DNA of 64,000 nucleotides, filler included, from Asterionella formosa (GCA_002256025.1; 7 parts of 7 records of this genome joined end to end with filler, not necessarily neighbours in it); one strand, 5' to 3'; counted from the first letter of the whole stretch, positions 11,703-25,081 are shown. Notes: a model not told the origin generated them from the sequence alone. Numbers and translations: made by a program.

Positions 11703-12587
11703 ATGACGAAGCAAGCAGACGAAGAGTCTCAAATGATTGCATCGGAGTTAGATTTGGAAAAGGCACAATTTTGTGCCAGCAGAGAAATTCGTCAGGCCGT
11801 TCTTGAAGCCGACAATGACGGCAGCGCTGGACATGTTCATGCGCAAGCAGACCCTGCCTCGGCTCAGATTCTCTACCTAATGGGAGATGTGCACGAATAT
11901 GGAGTGTTGAAGGCTCGTCAGAACCACTTGTTGCTGTACGTCTTCCTAGTTCTGCTTTACATTGGACTCAACGTGGCTTTGTTGGGGGCCAACTTTCAGA
12001 GTCAAGAACTCATTGAGGAGGAGTACTACAACTCGTTCCATATGGCAGCCTTTTGGGGCGTATTCGGGTTTACCTTGCTGGAAGCATTCATTCTCATTGC
12101 TACTGACATTATCACGTGGGCAAACAGGTGTCAGACGCTGGTCATACTGTTCAATGTTATGGCAGCCTTTGCAACTGCCATGCTCTTTAGCTTTGAACCA
12201 CATTTGTATGAAGTACCTGCTCATTACATGGAGTATTCGATTCAAATACTCATTTCATGGGTCAATATTATCTTCTTACGCAGTTACATGATAAGGGCAG
12301 CAAACACTGGCCCTAACAGCATGTACCGATGCGGGAGCGTGGAAATGGCAGTTGCATTGGCAGTCTTGGGACTTGCCATGTTTACCCTTATTGTGTACAC
12401 GGGTGTTATACCTACTGACATGGGACCGGAACGTGCGGCACACTTTTGTGAATTTATCAATGAAATTTTCAATGGACTCTTTGCATTGGCCTATGCGACA
12501 TTTTGTTACAAGGATGCAAACAAGCAACTGGATCAACATTACAAGGGTATGAAGGCATTGCGACGTCATGAAGTGGATGTTTTGTAA
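11703..12587 (+). CDS. Uncharacterised multi-pass (6-7 TM) membrane protein, 294 aa
   Basis: Intact ORF with repeated hydrophobic segments carrying His/Glu (FHMAAFW, AHYMEY, AHFCEF). Confidence 0.8.
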   Translation: MTKQADEESQMIASELDLEKAQFCASREIRQAVLEADNDGSAGHVHAQADPASAQILYLMGDVHEYGVLKARQNHLLLYVFLVLLYIGLNVALLGANFQSQELIEEEYYNSFHMAAFWGVFGFTLLEAFILIATDIITWANRCQTLVILFNVMAAFATAMLFSFEPHLYEVPAHYMEYSIQILISWVNIIFLRSYMIRAANTGPNSMYRCGSVEMAVALAVLGLAMFTLIVYTGVIPTDMGPERAAHFCEFINEIFNGLFALAYATFCYKDANKQLDQHYKGMKALRRHEVDVL

Positions 12588-13074
12588 GTATGTGCATTGC
12601 TTCCTCTTTTGGTTTACGTTTCGTTCATTTATTTGCACACATTAAAGTGTGTTACTTTTACGTCATTGCTGTATAAATAATTATTATCATCATGACAATT
12701 ATTTTGGTGAAAGGATAAAAGCCGTTGTATTCGCATGCAACAGAGAAGAGAAACTACTTCTAATCCAATCTCCTAATGGCCTCTACATTGTTGTTATTCA
12801 GAGCCTATCAGTACGTAAAATAGTTATCAACCAGCGGTAGACTAACGAGCTGTACAGTCAAAGCAACGACTCCAGAAAAGGGAGTATGATGTCATGTGCA
12901 GATCTCCATATTGCAATCATCAGTATTACCGGGGTACATAGGAGTCAAGCTTCGAAGTACTGGATGTGTGGGTTATACCGGTATTAAGGTACCGGTAACC
13001 TTCTCGTTTATTGAAAGCAGTATGAGGGAAATAACTAGTTTCACATGTGATAATATAAATAGATGAAACAATCA

Positions 13075-13272
13075 TTAATATCCAGCCTTCTTATCCACAG
13101 GATTTAACAAGGGCTCTCGTCTCATGAATCTCGGTACATTTTTGCGAACAAAAAATTCAGTCGCTTCGTGCATAAAGGTGGCAGTTTGGTCCATATTGTG
13201 TGGACTCAACAAGACATTTTCCAACTCCCACAATTCACTGGATGCTGGTAATGGTTCGTTTGTAAACACATC
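13075..13272 (-). pseudogene. C-terminus of a D-isomer-specific 2-hydroxyacid dehydrogenase, cut by a Copia LTR
   Basis: DVFTNEPLPASSELWELENVLLSPHNMDQT...NPVDKKAGY is the DVF..EP / SPH signature. Homology stops exactly at the TGTTGG at 13273. Confidence 0.85.
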
Positions 13273-16200
13273 TGTTGGAGAAATTATTTTAGGAAAGAAA
13301 AATCCCGTTATGAAATACCTACTAAATGAATCAAAGAAGAATATGGTACCAGAGAAAACTCAGAATTCGAAAACAATCTACCAGTAAAACCAATAATTCA
13401 ACTAAAACTCTTAGGAATGATTACAATCAATTACTACAACATCGTTGTTCATATCTACAGCCTATTTGGTCCCTTGCGTGTCCTTACAGGAAACAAGAAA
13501 GAAATAGAGGGCTTCGGGACGCAATTTCAAATCAACAACAGGTGGACAGTTGAGAGTCCGGAGAAAAGATCTGAGGGTACCAGACCATCCAGAGTCTGAA
13601 GAAGTTGCATAAGCCACATTATGAGTGGCAAAGGAAAGTTTACCAAGAAGGCTCAGGCCAAGGGCAAGTTTCAAGCCAAGGAAGGGAGCAATAATGCTTC
13701 TTTTACCATCAAAAAGTCAGTTAATGACTTTAACTACTACCTTGGATCAGCAAAGCAGGCATCTGATTATGAGACTACTACTGAGTAACTCATCAACTAC
13801 ATCAAGAAAGTTTTTGACTATGGCAACAACATAGTAGGAACAGCGCTCAAGTTGTTAGAACCAATTAACACATTGGCATGAAAGCCAAGAATGCCAGTGA
13901 GCATTGCATCAGCAGAAGAAGATCACACTGCAGAGAATCGGCAATATGAGATTGAGTTTAAGGCTGATTATGACACCTACAGTGAAAGGGTACAGGCCTA
14001 CGAAAAAAATAACACCAAGGCATATGCTACGAAAAAATAACACCAAGGCATATGCGTTGCTCTGGGAAAGATGCCACAAGGCCATGAAGAACAAGATCCA
14101 AGCAAGATCCGATTACAACAGGATCGAAAAAACCCAATAACATTGCGTATGGTAATTAAAAAACATGCACTAAATTTTCAAGAGAATCAATTTTCAATGT
14201 CAATCATTTGAGATGCAATGAGAATGCTGTTACTTATAAAGCAAAAGGAAAGTGAAAGTCTACAAGACTACACCAAGAGATTTCATTTGGCACCATGAGA
14301 TGTGCTCAAGTCACACATGGGAGGACCCATTATCCTCACCAAGGTCATTGAAGCCATGGATGGATACAACAAGACCAACATCAAGCTATGAGATAAATTT
14401 CGTGAACAATCTTTCAGTCAGTTTCTGGCCTATTTATACCTCAATAATGCGGATAAAGCCAAAAATGGATCGATTATGACCAGGCTGAACACTGATCAAT
14501 CAATTGGCAATGATCAATACTCGAAGAGTATCACCAAATCACATAATGTTCTCAGTAACCATTGGTTTGACATAACAAATAAACCCAACAGTCACAAGAA
14601 ACCAGGTGACCGCAATAAAGACAGAGAACAAAAGGATGCAGTGAAGAAAGATGAAGATGTGAACTTATCATTTGCTCAATTAGAAGGAAAATGTTACTGC
14701 TGTAAAAGAGCGGGACCTAAGGCCCCTTCATGTCAAGATAGGAATAAACCCAAAGAAGAATGGGCAACCAACAAGGCCCAACAAAGCCATGCACAGGCAC
14801 AGGCTTTACATTGGACACGAATACAGTTACCTCTTTTAATTCCAGCAACCCACCGTCATCACAAGCTTCACAGCAAGCAAATGTCAAGCAAGTTGGATGG
14901 GCTGGAGCTCATATCAAACTACAATTTCACCAAGCATCTGAAATGCGTGACTGGATACTATTGGATAATCAATTAAGTGTCACTGGCTTTTGCAATCCAA
15001 AAATGGTTGAAAACATTCGAATGTCAAACGATGGAAGCATGCACCTGGCCACAACTGGTGGATCCATGGTCACTAATATGAAGGCTGATCTTCAACAATG
15101 AGGAAAAATATAGTTTAATGAGAAGGCAATCACCAACATCTTCAGTTATGCCGAAATGGCAGATAAGTACATGATCACCTATGACTCTGAAAAAGAAGAT
15201 GCATTTCTTGTTCATTTTCCTGACAAACCAGTTCTATTTTAATTGTTCATTTGCCTGACAAACCAGTTCGATTTGAAAGAATTGGGATGAATCTGTATGT
15301 TCCAAGCCTCCTACAACAATTAAGTCGGAGAACACTCAAATGTTAAATACATTTGAAGAAAATAAATCATTTTACACTGAACGTCAATTTGAGAGAGCCA
15401 AGCAAGCTCGTGATCTATTTCATGCCTTGGGTACACCACACCATCAATTAATGATTTCAAGGCAATAATTTGTATGAATACAATCAACAACAATCCAGTA
15501 ATTACCGACATCAGAACACTAAAAGGCAAGACAGCTCGTTGCAAGCCGCTGCCAGTTGTGAATGAATACATCGAGATTCCTAAAGAGCTTATCAACGCTC
15601 AACGCGAAGTGACTCTTTGCATGGATGGACTGAAAGTGAATGGACAATCATTTTTCACAACAATTTCTCGAAACATTATGTATAGGACAGCGCAATGGGT
15701 CAAGAATCAGACAGATGATGTCTATCGAGATGCTTTGACTCAGCAGGTATTCCGTGTTTATAATACTGGAGGATTTAAAATTACAACAATCCACTGTGAC
15801 AACGAGTTTCGACCTTTGATGGAAAAACCTTCCAATGAATATCAAGTCACCATGAATCACTCAAACCCAAAAGAACATGTTCCTGAAGCAGAACGAAATA
15901 ATCGAGTGATTAAAGAACGCGTGCCCGCAGCTTATCATCGATTACCTTTCAAACATTTGCCACGACTGATGATTAAGATTCTAGTCACAGAAACACAGAA
16001 ACTGAATTTCTTTCCGGCAAAAAAGGGGATCTCCCTGTATTACAGTCCTCGTATGATATTACATCAAAGAAACCTGGACTATGCTCAACATGGCCAGTAT
16101 AAATTTGGCACTCATGTCCAAGCACATGAAGAACATATGTTTTCAAACACCAATGCACCACGCAGCCTTGACATCAGAACACTAAAAGGTAATACAACTC

Positions 16201-18100
16201 GTCGCAAGCTGCTGCCAGTTGTGAACGACGCAATGGGTCAAGAATCAGACAGCTGATGTCTATCGAGATGCTTTGACTCAGGTATTCCGTGTTTATAATA
16301 CCGGAAGATTTAAAATTACAACAATTCACTGTGACAACGAGTTTCGATCTTTGATGGAACAACTTTCCAATGAATATCAAGTCACTATGAAACACTCAAA
16401 CCCACAAGAACATGTTCCTGAAGCAGAACGAAATAATCAAGTGATTAAAGAACGCGTGCGCGCAGCTTATCATCGATTACCTTTCAAACATTTACTACGA
16501 CTGATGATTAAGATTCTAGTCACAGAATCAGCAAAGAAACTGAATTTCTTTCCGGCAAAGAACAGGATCTCCCTGTATTACAGTCCTCGTATGATATTAC
16601 ATCAAAGAAACCTGGACTATGTTCAACATTGCCAATATTCATATGGCACTGTGTTGTCAAACACTAATGCACCACGCAGCCTAGATTGCATTTATCTACG
16701 CTACAATGACAACGTGAAAGGAGGTCATGAATTATTACACCAACCTACAAATTCATTGATCACTAGACGAACAGTTACTCCTCTACCACTTACCCCAGCA
16801 ATCATAAATCAAGTACACGCCCTTGCTGTCCAGGAAAATATGCCCGATGGTCTCAAGATATCAATTCGAATGGGATAACTATTTTATGATAGTGCTTGGA
16901 TTGCAGGAGTGGATTATGATAATGAAGCATTTGAAGATGTACAAGATGAAGATTATGAAGATCAACAAGCTAGTGAGGATGATGAAAGCAATAATGAAAT
17001 TCTCGGAGAAGACTATGATGAAATGACTCCGGATGAAATATATGAAGCAGAACAGCTTGAATTAAACAACAATACTCAAGAGGATGACCCTGAACCTGAG
17101 GGCGACAACGAAAATAATGTTGAATTGAATGCAGATGAAATACAAGATGAGGATGAAGAACCAGTAAATGAAACTGAAAATGAAGAGGCAAGAATGTTAG
17201 AAGTCAATCCAAGCAGCACTCAGGATGACACAGACCCAAATGTTAGAGCTACAAGGTCTGGAAGAGTCTCAAGACTACCATCAAAACTAACTATGGTCCA
17301 ACATCATTTGCATACCCAGGCACACTGCCAAGAAGAATTCACAAATGATAATGCGAAAGTGATCGCAATGACAATGTGTTTTCTGAATGAGATGTCTATC
17401 GATAAAGAAGCATATCACTTTGTTCAGTCATACTACAGCTTAAGAAAAGGCCTCAAGAAATTTGGCCAGAAAGGAAGGGGTGCTGCATGTAAGGAAATGA
17501 AACAACTGCATGATAGAGTTTTATTTGAACCAATTAGGATTCAAGACCTAACAGAGATCGAAAAGCCACATGCAATGGAAAGTCTAATTCTTTTGGTTGA
17601 AAAGAGAGACAAGAGTATTAAATACAGAGCTTGTGCCAATGGCAGATCGCAATGTGAATAGACTTATGAAAAATTTGTTGTTTATGAAGGGAACAACAAG
17701 GTCCTATATGTTAGGATGATCAAGGCATTATATGGCATGTTACAGTCATCATTGTTATATTACAAGAAATTTCGGAAGGATATTGAGTCAATTGGATTCA
17801 AGGTCAATCAATATGATCCATGCGTTGCAAATTGCATTGTAAATGGCAAACAGCACACAGCTACTTGGCACATGGACAATTTGAAATCTAGTGAACAATC
17901 AATTTTTGGAATGGCTCAAGAAGAAATACGCTTCTGACGAAATTGGTGAAGTCATGGTCATGCATGGAAAGAAGCATGATTATTTGGCAATGAGACTAGA
18001 TTACTCTCTTCCAGGAGTGTTGAGGGTGGATATGACTAAATATGTGAAATTTTCCAGAGAAACTTGAAAATGCCAATTAAATAGGAACTTAAAAATTGAT
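13273..18100 (+). mobile_element. Degenerate Ty1/Copia (CoDi-type) LTR retrotransposon; 5' LTR about 13273-13537, no 3' LTR
   Basis: LTR TGTTG...CAACA. Gag from 13621 (YYLGSAKQASDYETTT), Zn knuckle (CYCCKRAG..APSC), protease (WILLDNQ), integrase (IHCDNEF, EHVPEAERNNRVIKER) and RT (KALYGMLQSSLLYY, YDPCVAN). Integrase precedes RT, which is the Copia order. Confidence 0.9.
15507..16685 (+). repeat. Internal tandem duplication of the integrase region
   Basis: 15507-16169 and 16170-16685 are diverged copies with different deletions; both begin GACATCAGAACACTAAAAGG. Confidence 0.9.
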
Positions 18101-18111
18101 GAGACTACTAT

Positions 18112-18422
18112 CTAAGTCGCGCTTCGAATCGTAAAGAGATCTGCGAGCGCTTCTATCCCCTCTAGGGCTGTTCCTGTGTTGGATTGTGACCTACCGGGCA
18201 CTTCAACTGGCACATTGTGCGATGAGTCAGCTGGGTTCTGTCCTTTGATCTGAAGATCAACTGGCAATGAGGGAGCACTGTAGCGCATGTCTAGTTGCTT
18301 CTGAACTTCAAGACAGTAACTGAACAAATCAGCCTTGCTTTGGAGAATAGGCACCAAATTCTGCCAAGCCTCCCGATGCTGACAAGAAATCACGTAGGCG
18401 ATATATCCTAGGTCTGTCTCCA
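18112..18422 (-). CDS. Partial hypothetical ORF (3' end) at contig edge
   Basis: Open from the contig edge to the stop at 18112; no motif. Confidence 0.3.
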
Positions 18423-18522
18423 NNNNNNNNNNNNNNNNNNNNNNNNNNNNNNNNNNNNNNNNNNNNTTAATTAATTAANNNNNNNNNNNNNNNNNNNNNN
18501 NNNNNNNNNNNNNNNNNNNNNN
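18423..18522. other. Artificial contig linker
   Basis: N44-TTAATTAATTAA-N44. Confidence 0.98.
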
Positions 18523-18546
18523 TGAAATGAAGGATCTCAAGCAACA

Positions 18547-18836
18547 CATGATGCGAAAAACTGAAGTGACAACACAACAATGATACACCATGCGGCTAAG
18601 AATGAGTGAATATGATGGAGAAGGACGGTATCAACAAGCTGTCGTGCATGGTATCACGGCATGTCAAGACAAAATGCCAGGATGATCAATTGCTGGCATG
18701 ATGCGAAAAGCTGAAGTGACGATGATACACCATGCGGCTAAGAAGGAGTGAATATGATGGAGAAGGGGAAGAATAGACAAGGTGTGCATAGCATCACGGT
18801 TTGTCAAGAGCAAATGCCAAGATGATCAATTGCTGG
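18547..18836. repeat. Diverged tandem duplication, about 150-bp unit x2
   Basis: CATGATGCGAAAA.CTGAAGTGAC...GATGATCAATTGCTGG at 18547 and 18697. Confidence 0.85.
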
Positions 18837-20269
18837 GATTACAAATACGGAATGACTCGTCCCCTTTCAGTGATTCAATAGCTCCTTTTCGATTTGGTGG
18901 CTAGCCAGCCATCAATGTGGACAAAAGAAATCGGTATGTGCTATCAGCCATCTTTGGATCAATCTACAACTGTTAGAAAAACTGACACATATGTGTTGCT
19001 TCTTTCAGGATAATGGTAGACAAACAGTATTTGTAAGTTACAAACAGCAGTGTTGCTTGGAGCCCATTTATTGATCGATACTTTCTCATTCAATCTTCAA
19101 CTGACACATTCTTTTACAGACGAAATATGCATCAGTTACTTCCTCAATTTGTGGTAAGTGAAGATAGAAGCGAAATGCATGTTGTTGTGTAAGCAAAATA
19201 TAAACAGTTAACAATGAATTGCTTCTCTTTGTTTGTATGGCTGATTGGAACAACGAAACGGATTCAATAGTAATAGGAAAATGCGTCAATGCAAACTCAG
19301 ATCAATCAGGAGTAAATGGAACAACGCAGAGGAAAAACGGCAAGGCAACCAGTACAACAACCTTCAGAATTGGATTGGGGGGAATGTGGAAGTGAAAGCT
19401 GAAGCATCAATCATTGCGATGAGAGCATTGTAGAACATTCTGTAGCCACCCAAGATATAGAAACATGAAACCATTCTTAAATATATTTCTAAATTTCGAT
19501 CAATTTCATCTTATTTTAGACAGTGATATGGATGAGAATTATGATCATGCTTAGATAGATGCATGACAAAAGTATACACATCATTTGACCATGTTTAACT
19601 AATTATATGATGCAATGGTATTATAACTATGATAGTATCATCATACTTCAAGCTCGGTAAAAGTTTACTGCATGATCATAATTATATGATACATTGATCA
19701 TATTTTTGATCGAAAAACTATCATACATGTAAAAATCCTGTGCCACTCAGCGTACAATACCCTTGATCCTGCCTATATTCATGATAGTTTTTATTTACAG
19801 ACGAGGGCTTCATGATGCATTGCTGTGAATACAGCAAAGCTCTCATTTTGCAAGATAAGTCATATCAGCTATTAATTTGAACAGATTTACATAAGACTCT
19901 CAGACTATGATGGAAGTTCTGTTTTTGAGACTTTGATTTAAATGAATTGCTAGTTATTGAAATGAATGATGGAATTTGGTTCAAGGAGCCTCCAGAAGAA
20001 GCAATAATGATGCCATTATTGAATGTTGTGAACAATTGTTGACAGATCTACTACTAGCACTGAGACTACTCATAGCTATCTATTAAATATTCATGAATCG
20101 TTTCATCTACATTCTATCATTTGGTTGATGTTGAAATGAAGTGATAGTAACAAATTGTAACGTATTATCAGTACTTTCTGTATTAGGTATGGATGGGTGT
20201 GGTCCGCCCGAGGTAGAAGTCATTCTCGTGTGAACATTTTGTACTGACCATTTTTATGTGTTGGTTGCT

Positions 20270-23200
20270 TTGAGGTTCCTGCACTTCAACCCAAAGGCAA
20301 AAATTAAAAGATTACTTAGGGTTGCCGAAATTCCCTAGAACTATGAACTTTGATGAAGTATTTTTAAACGACATGATGCCATTTGAAATATTCAAATCAT
20401 TGCAAATTTGCGCATACGTGCATAGATTCCTTTTCGAATTCGGTAATTATATAGATATGGATTGTACATCTCTATATATATATCGGTATACACTACTCTA
20501 TATACCGATCGACAGTTTATGTGTCATACGACCTGGCGGATCTGCAAATATTTGAAGTGCACTCTAGGAGTGGTACGCGTGTGTCAAATGATGATCATCT
20601 ACCGGCACCCGTAGTGGATAGGGTAACAGGTACCAGGCGGGGTACCGGCGATCACCCAAGAAATTTTTAAATGTGTATCCAGTGTAGCCGGTTTGGGTTT
20701 GCAAGACCTTGCAAACAGGGCCAATCAAACATCGGAATGTAATTGAAGTTGACCAATCAAAATAATTTATTTTGAAGCTGGCACGTGCTATGGAGTCTTT
20801 TGTACAGGTGATTTTACAACTAAATATTTTAGCACAAGACTACCATTCCGATGATGACGTTTTGGCGATTAGTGATTCTGATTCCGACATTTTGGAGACC
20901 GTTGAGAAGGCCGATTTTGTCGAATTTTTACGGGAAGATAGCTCAACGTTGGCTGGGTTTGAAGAAGACTTACCGGTAGGGTTGCGGCCCCTGCTTAACC
21001 TAGTAAGGAGAAAATATCGCTAGGGTTGTAAAAACGGCGTGGAACAGGGAGTTTTCTACTATGACTTCTCATGATTCGAGTGTCCATTTGAATATTTGAA
21101 TTAAATAGGAATCGGGGCCAGATTGATAGAGTTCCATTAAAAAAAATGATATTTAAACGTTAATAATTTGTCTACGTTGCTGTATGTAGACATAATATTG
21201 CTCAACGCCAAAACACACATATAAATAAGGAGTATGCCAACATGTATGCTCATGGCTCTTGTTTATACGTTGATAATGAATCTACATTGCTGTTTGTAGT
21301 TTCAATATCACTCAACACACAAGGTATATTCCGGTTTGTAAATCAGTACCAGGTACCGGAGTCCCAGAGTAACGGTATTTCGGTACCCTGGTACTCGGAG
21401 CACCAGGTACCAGTAGCACACAATATTGGTTCATCATAATGGAGGACAGGATGTACTACCGGTAGTACTGGTACTGATTTTACAAACCAGGATTCAGTCC
21501 ATCTAATACTTGTGGTTCAAGTGTGGCTGGCGAGATACTTCAGCGAATCTGAAGCAGGTGAATATTCTCAATTCAACCAATCAGAATATGTGTAGTGACG
21601 CGGGAACTTACCCTGGAGTCTTTTCGGAATGAGAATTATTCAGCGAAACATACCTACGCAAGACTCCAAGTATACAAGAACGTTTTTGCATGTACAAATT
21701 CTGATTCCAATATTTTGGCGACTGTTGAAAAAGCTGATCGGGTCGACTTTTTGGAGGAGGATTGCTCTACATCTACGGGGTTTCATGAAGAATGAAATAG
21801 ATAGCCGTGTACCCTATAACGTCAGGAGTTAACTTCTGCAGAGAAGTGGCAGTTATCCCTCATAGATTTTTTTAAAAGCTTGATGGCCACCTTTTTTGAG
21901 TATTTTTTGGATAGTTACGATTCCAAGAGAGATAACTGCCACTTCTCTCCAGAAATGACGTCCTTCCCATATCTGTATATAGATCATACCCCTAAATCGA
22001 CCCATGACTGTATCTAAGCATATGCAAAGTGGTCGTATTGGTGAAAGCTAATTTTACCTTTCAACAATTTTATTTCGTTGCTCGTACAGTGTGGATTGAA
22101 GTACATAATAAAATTATTTTGCAAAAAACAGACCTTGTGATGTGTAACTGCGGGGCCGCAACCTTTATGTTGCTGTGTTTGAACCCCTAGCTCGAGGTAG
22201 GGTTTATAAAATAATATTGAGTCAGACTAATCAAACACATACTCTCCACATATAAATCAAATGTGTATAACGCTCAATGGAGCTTTCACCAATACACACC
22301 CTTTCCATATGCTTACACACAATCATAAAGGATCTGGTCAGAAACTCCTGTTTAGAAAGGAACTTCGGTTTTGTAAACTATGCTAAAAAGGCTCTAAAAT
22401 TCGGGGGAAATCTGTTTATTTGGCATAGTAAAAAAACCGAAGTTCCTTTCTACAGTTTCTTGCCAGAAGTTATATACTGATGCTCTTTGAAAGTTACCTA
22501 TGTACTATCTAAATCGCCGTCAGACCCAGCCAACGTTTAGCTATTGTCGTCCAAAAACTCGACAAAATTGGCCTTTTCTAAGGTCGCCAAAATATCGGAA
22601 TCAGAGTTATTAAGTGCTTAAATGTCATCATCGGAATAGTAGTATTGAGCCGGAATTTTTGGTCCTAAAATCTCCTATCCAAAAAATTCCATTGCAAGTG
22701 CCCGCTTCCGCATATTTAATATGATTTACTTTTTGCGTACCACTCTTTGAGTGCACTTTCAAATATTTGCCGAGCCTCCTGGTTGTATGCATGACACATA
22801 GTCATCGATCGGAGTATAGATTGTAGTACTGTTGTATGCACATGAAGCGATGTAGAATCTAAATATATCTATACTATATATAAATATAATAAACGATTTG
22901 AATATGTGGAACGGATTCAATGCATAGCATATAAAATCGTCAATTGGAGTATTAAGTGTCCATGCATAGACATGCAGCGACTAAGAGTGTCTTCTTGCAA
23001 TTACGCATTGCTGCTCCTGCTGATGCTTCGGTGGTGAAGAAAGGGCATCGTCTTCAGGCTCTTCGTAATTGAGAACAGAGAACGATGAGCTGCTATCGAG
23101 GGACAGGAAGAAAGAAAATGCCGCCATGGTGCGTGCGTTACATCAAGGATCAGCCAACTGACAAAATATGTGAACTATTTTTTTAAAAATGTATTGAAAT

Positions 23201-23450
23201 ACCGTAAACCTCTTAAAAGGTTCCTGCATTTGAACCCCTAGGCAAAAATTAAAATATTGCTTAGGGTTGCCGAAATTCCCTGGAACTAAGAACTTTTATG
23301 CGCTAATTTTGAATATCGATGATTCCGTTTGAAATATTTAAATAGGTGGAAATTTGAGTGTGCGTACATATTGCCCGCAGTTACACATCACGAGGTCTGT
23401 TATTTTCCAAAATAATTTTATTATGTACTTCAATCCACACAGCTTGTACA
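20270..23450. mobile_element. Nest of non-autonomous DNA-transposon (MITE-like) copies in direct and inverted orientation
   Basis: 20275-20370 is a direct copy of 23219-23310. 20500-20580 and 20850-20965 are inverted copies of 22735-22820 and 22515-22640. 21700-21790 is a third copy. 22085-22152 is an inverted copy of 23375-23445. Terminal-like GGTTGCGGCCCC at 20980 with its complement at 22152-22163. Confidence 0.65.
21824..21964. repeat. Inverted repeat with about 37-bp arms
   Basis: CTGCAGAGAAGTGGCAGTTATCCCT versus AGAGATAACTGCCACTTCTCTCCAG. Confidence 0.8.
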
Positions 23451-23889
23451 ACTCAACGACAAGTTTGCGCAGGTGCTAGAACTGTATGATGACAAAATGA
23501 AAATTCTATGATGAGAAAGAAGAGCAAGAGGAATGCCGGAATAGCTTCATTCCGCTTGATGGAGGATATTCAAGGCCAGGAGTAGATTCGATTGTAGCAG
23601 TCCTCAATAACGATGTAGAAATGCATTCTATACTATTTTTTATAATATTATGTAGAACAGTAAATAGACTCCAGAGTCATTTCCTTTAGCATTTATAGTG
23701 ATTCATGTCAACTGTAGTTCTACTAGCTTCAACACGAAAAATCAAATCGTAAATTACGACTTAAGCTGTTTAACATTAACGCTATTGAATTGCTTCTACA
23801 AATCAATAATATAACAATAGAGCATGCTTAAACAGACTATAAAGTTATATTTCTAGTCACATGCTACACTTTTTGAATAAAATAGAGTC

Positions 23890-25081
23890 ATCAACCGCTT
23901 GCAATGTAACCAACCGCATTCCAAGTGTTCAAAATTGTTGATTGTGACACCCTCAGCCAAGCTGTCCAAACCCACTGAGCGACATCCTACCGCTTCACCT
24001 TTGTACCATGAGGATGGGCGACCATCCAGTCCTCATAGGCATTCCTAACAAAACCCTTAAAGGGCTTGTTTACTCCAACGTCCAAAACTTGAAGTTTTGA
24101 TGTGTAGCCACCACAAATGAAGTCCACAGCAGTGCCACAATCCTTAGTTGCATTGAGGCTTGTCGCCATCAAATGCACCTGGAACTCGTCCATCAGGAGG
24201 TAGCTTGGTTGAGAATCATGGCTGATTGTCCATGGTTTCCAGACTTCCCGAATTCAAAGCGCAAACACCGACTCATCGACCCACGCCTTTGCCTGACAAC
24301 AATAAACCATCTGTGGGGGATAAGCAAACTGTTGATTGTTGAATTCTCGCTGGATCCCGGCATCAGGTACTCCTTTGAAAACAACAAGAGGAGCAAGCTT
24401 CTCTCCAGACATGGTAACACCCAACAACACTGTGCAACGCATGCTACCATTGGTTCGTAAACTGATGGTTTTCACACCTTTATCAGCTAGCGTGAGCCCG
24501 CCTGCCATATCGAAATAAATGTTTGTCTCATCTATATTTACGATACTAGCACAATGATACAACCCTTCAAGAAACTGTGCGTTTACCGGTATGTACTGGA
24601 GATACTCCTGCATGACACTCAGCACATAGCGCGTGTTTTGTGCCTTGTGGGTGATACAACGATACACAATGTTTTGGGATGTGCACCAACGAGCTACACG
24701 CTGTTGAATAACGCTCAAGCTAGCAACATGTCCCGACAAGCCCTTCAGCTCAGCAGCAAGCAACATGATCGAACAAGCGCGATCATCACCACGAAGCTGA
24801 TCATACAAGAGACGAATCGCCGCAAATTCAGTTGCACTATTGCTACGCGACTTGCCTAAATGAAAAGTTTGTTTTTTCAGAAGGAGACGCCCCTCATCCG
24901 ACAATAAACCTTCTACATCCTCAGAATAACGATTGTCGAAATCATGAAAGTTAGCTTTCCAGTGCCGAATATTGCTGTCGCCAATGCCATACTTACGTGC
25001 AACAGCCTTGATGATGCCGGGGAGTTCCCATGCTTCATCCACGATGTCGCGCTTTTCTTGCAAGGTGAAGAACTTTCTCAT
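23890..25081 (-). mobile_element. pogo-family (Tc1/mariner superfamily, DDE_1) transposase, frameshifted
   Basis: N-terminal HTH (FTLQEKRDIV...VARKYGI), NIDETNIYFDM, GEKLAPLVVFKG, QAKAWVDE, MDEFQVH and GGYTSKLQVLDVGVNKPFK; internal frameshift and stop. Confidence 0.88.
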
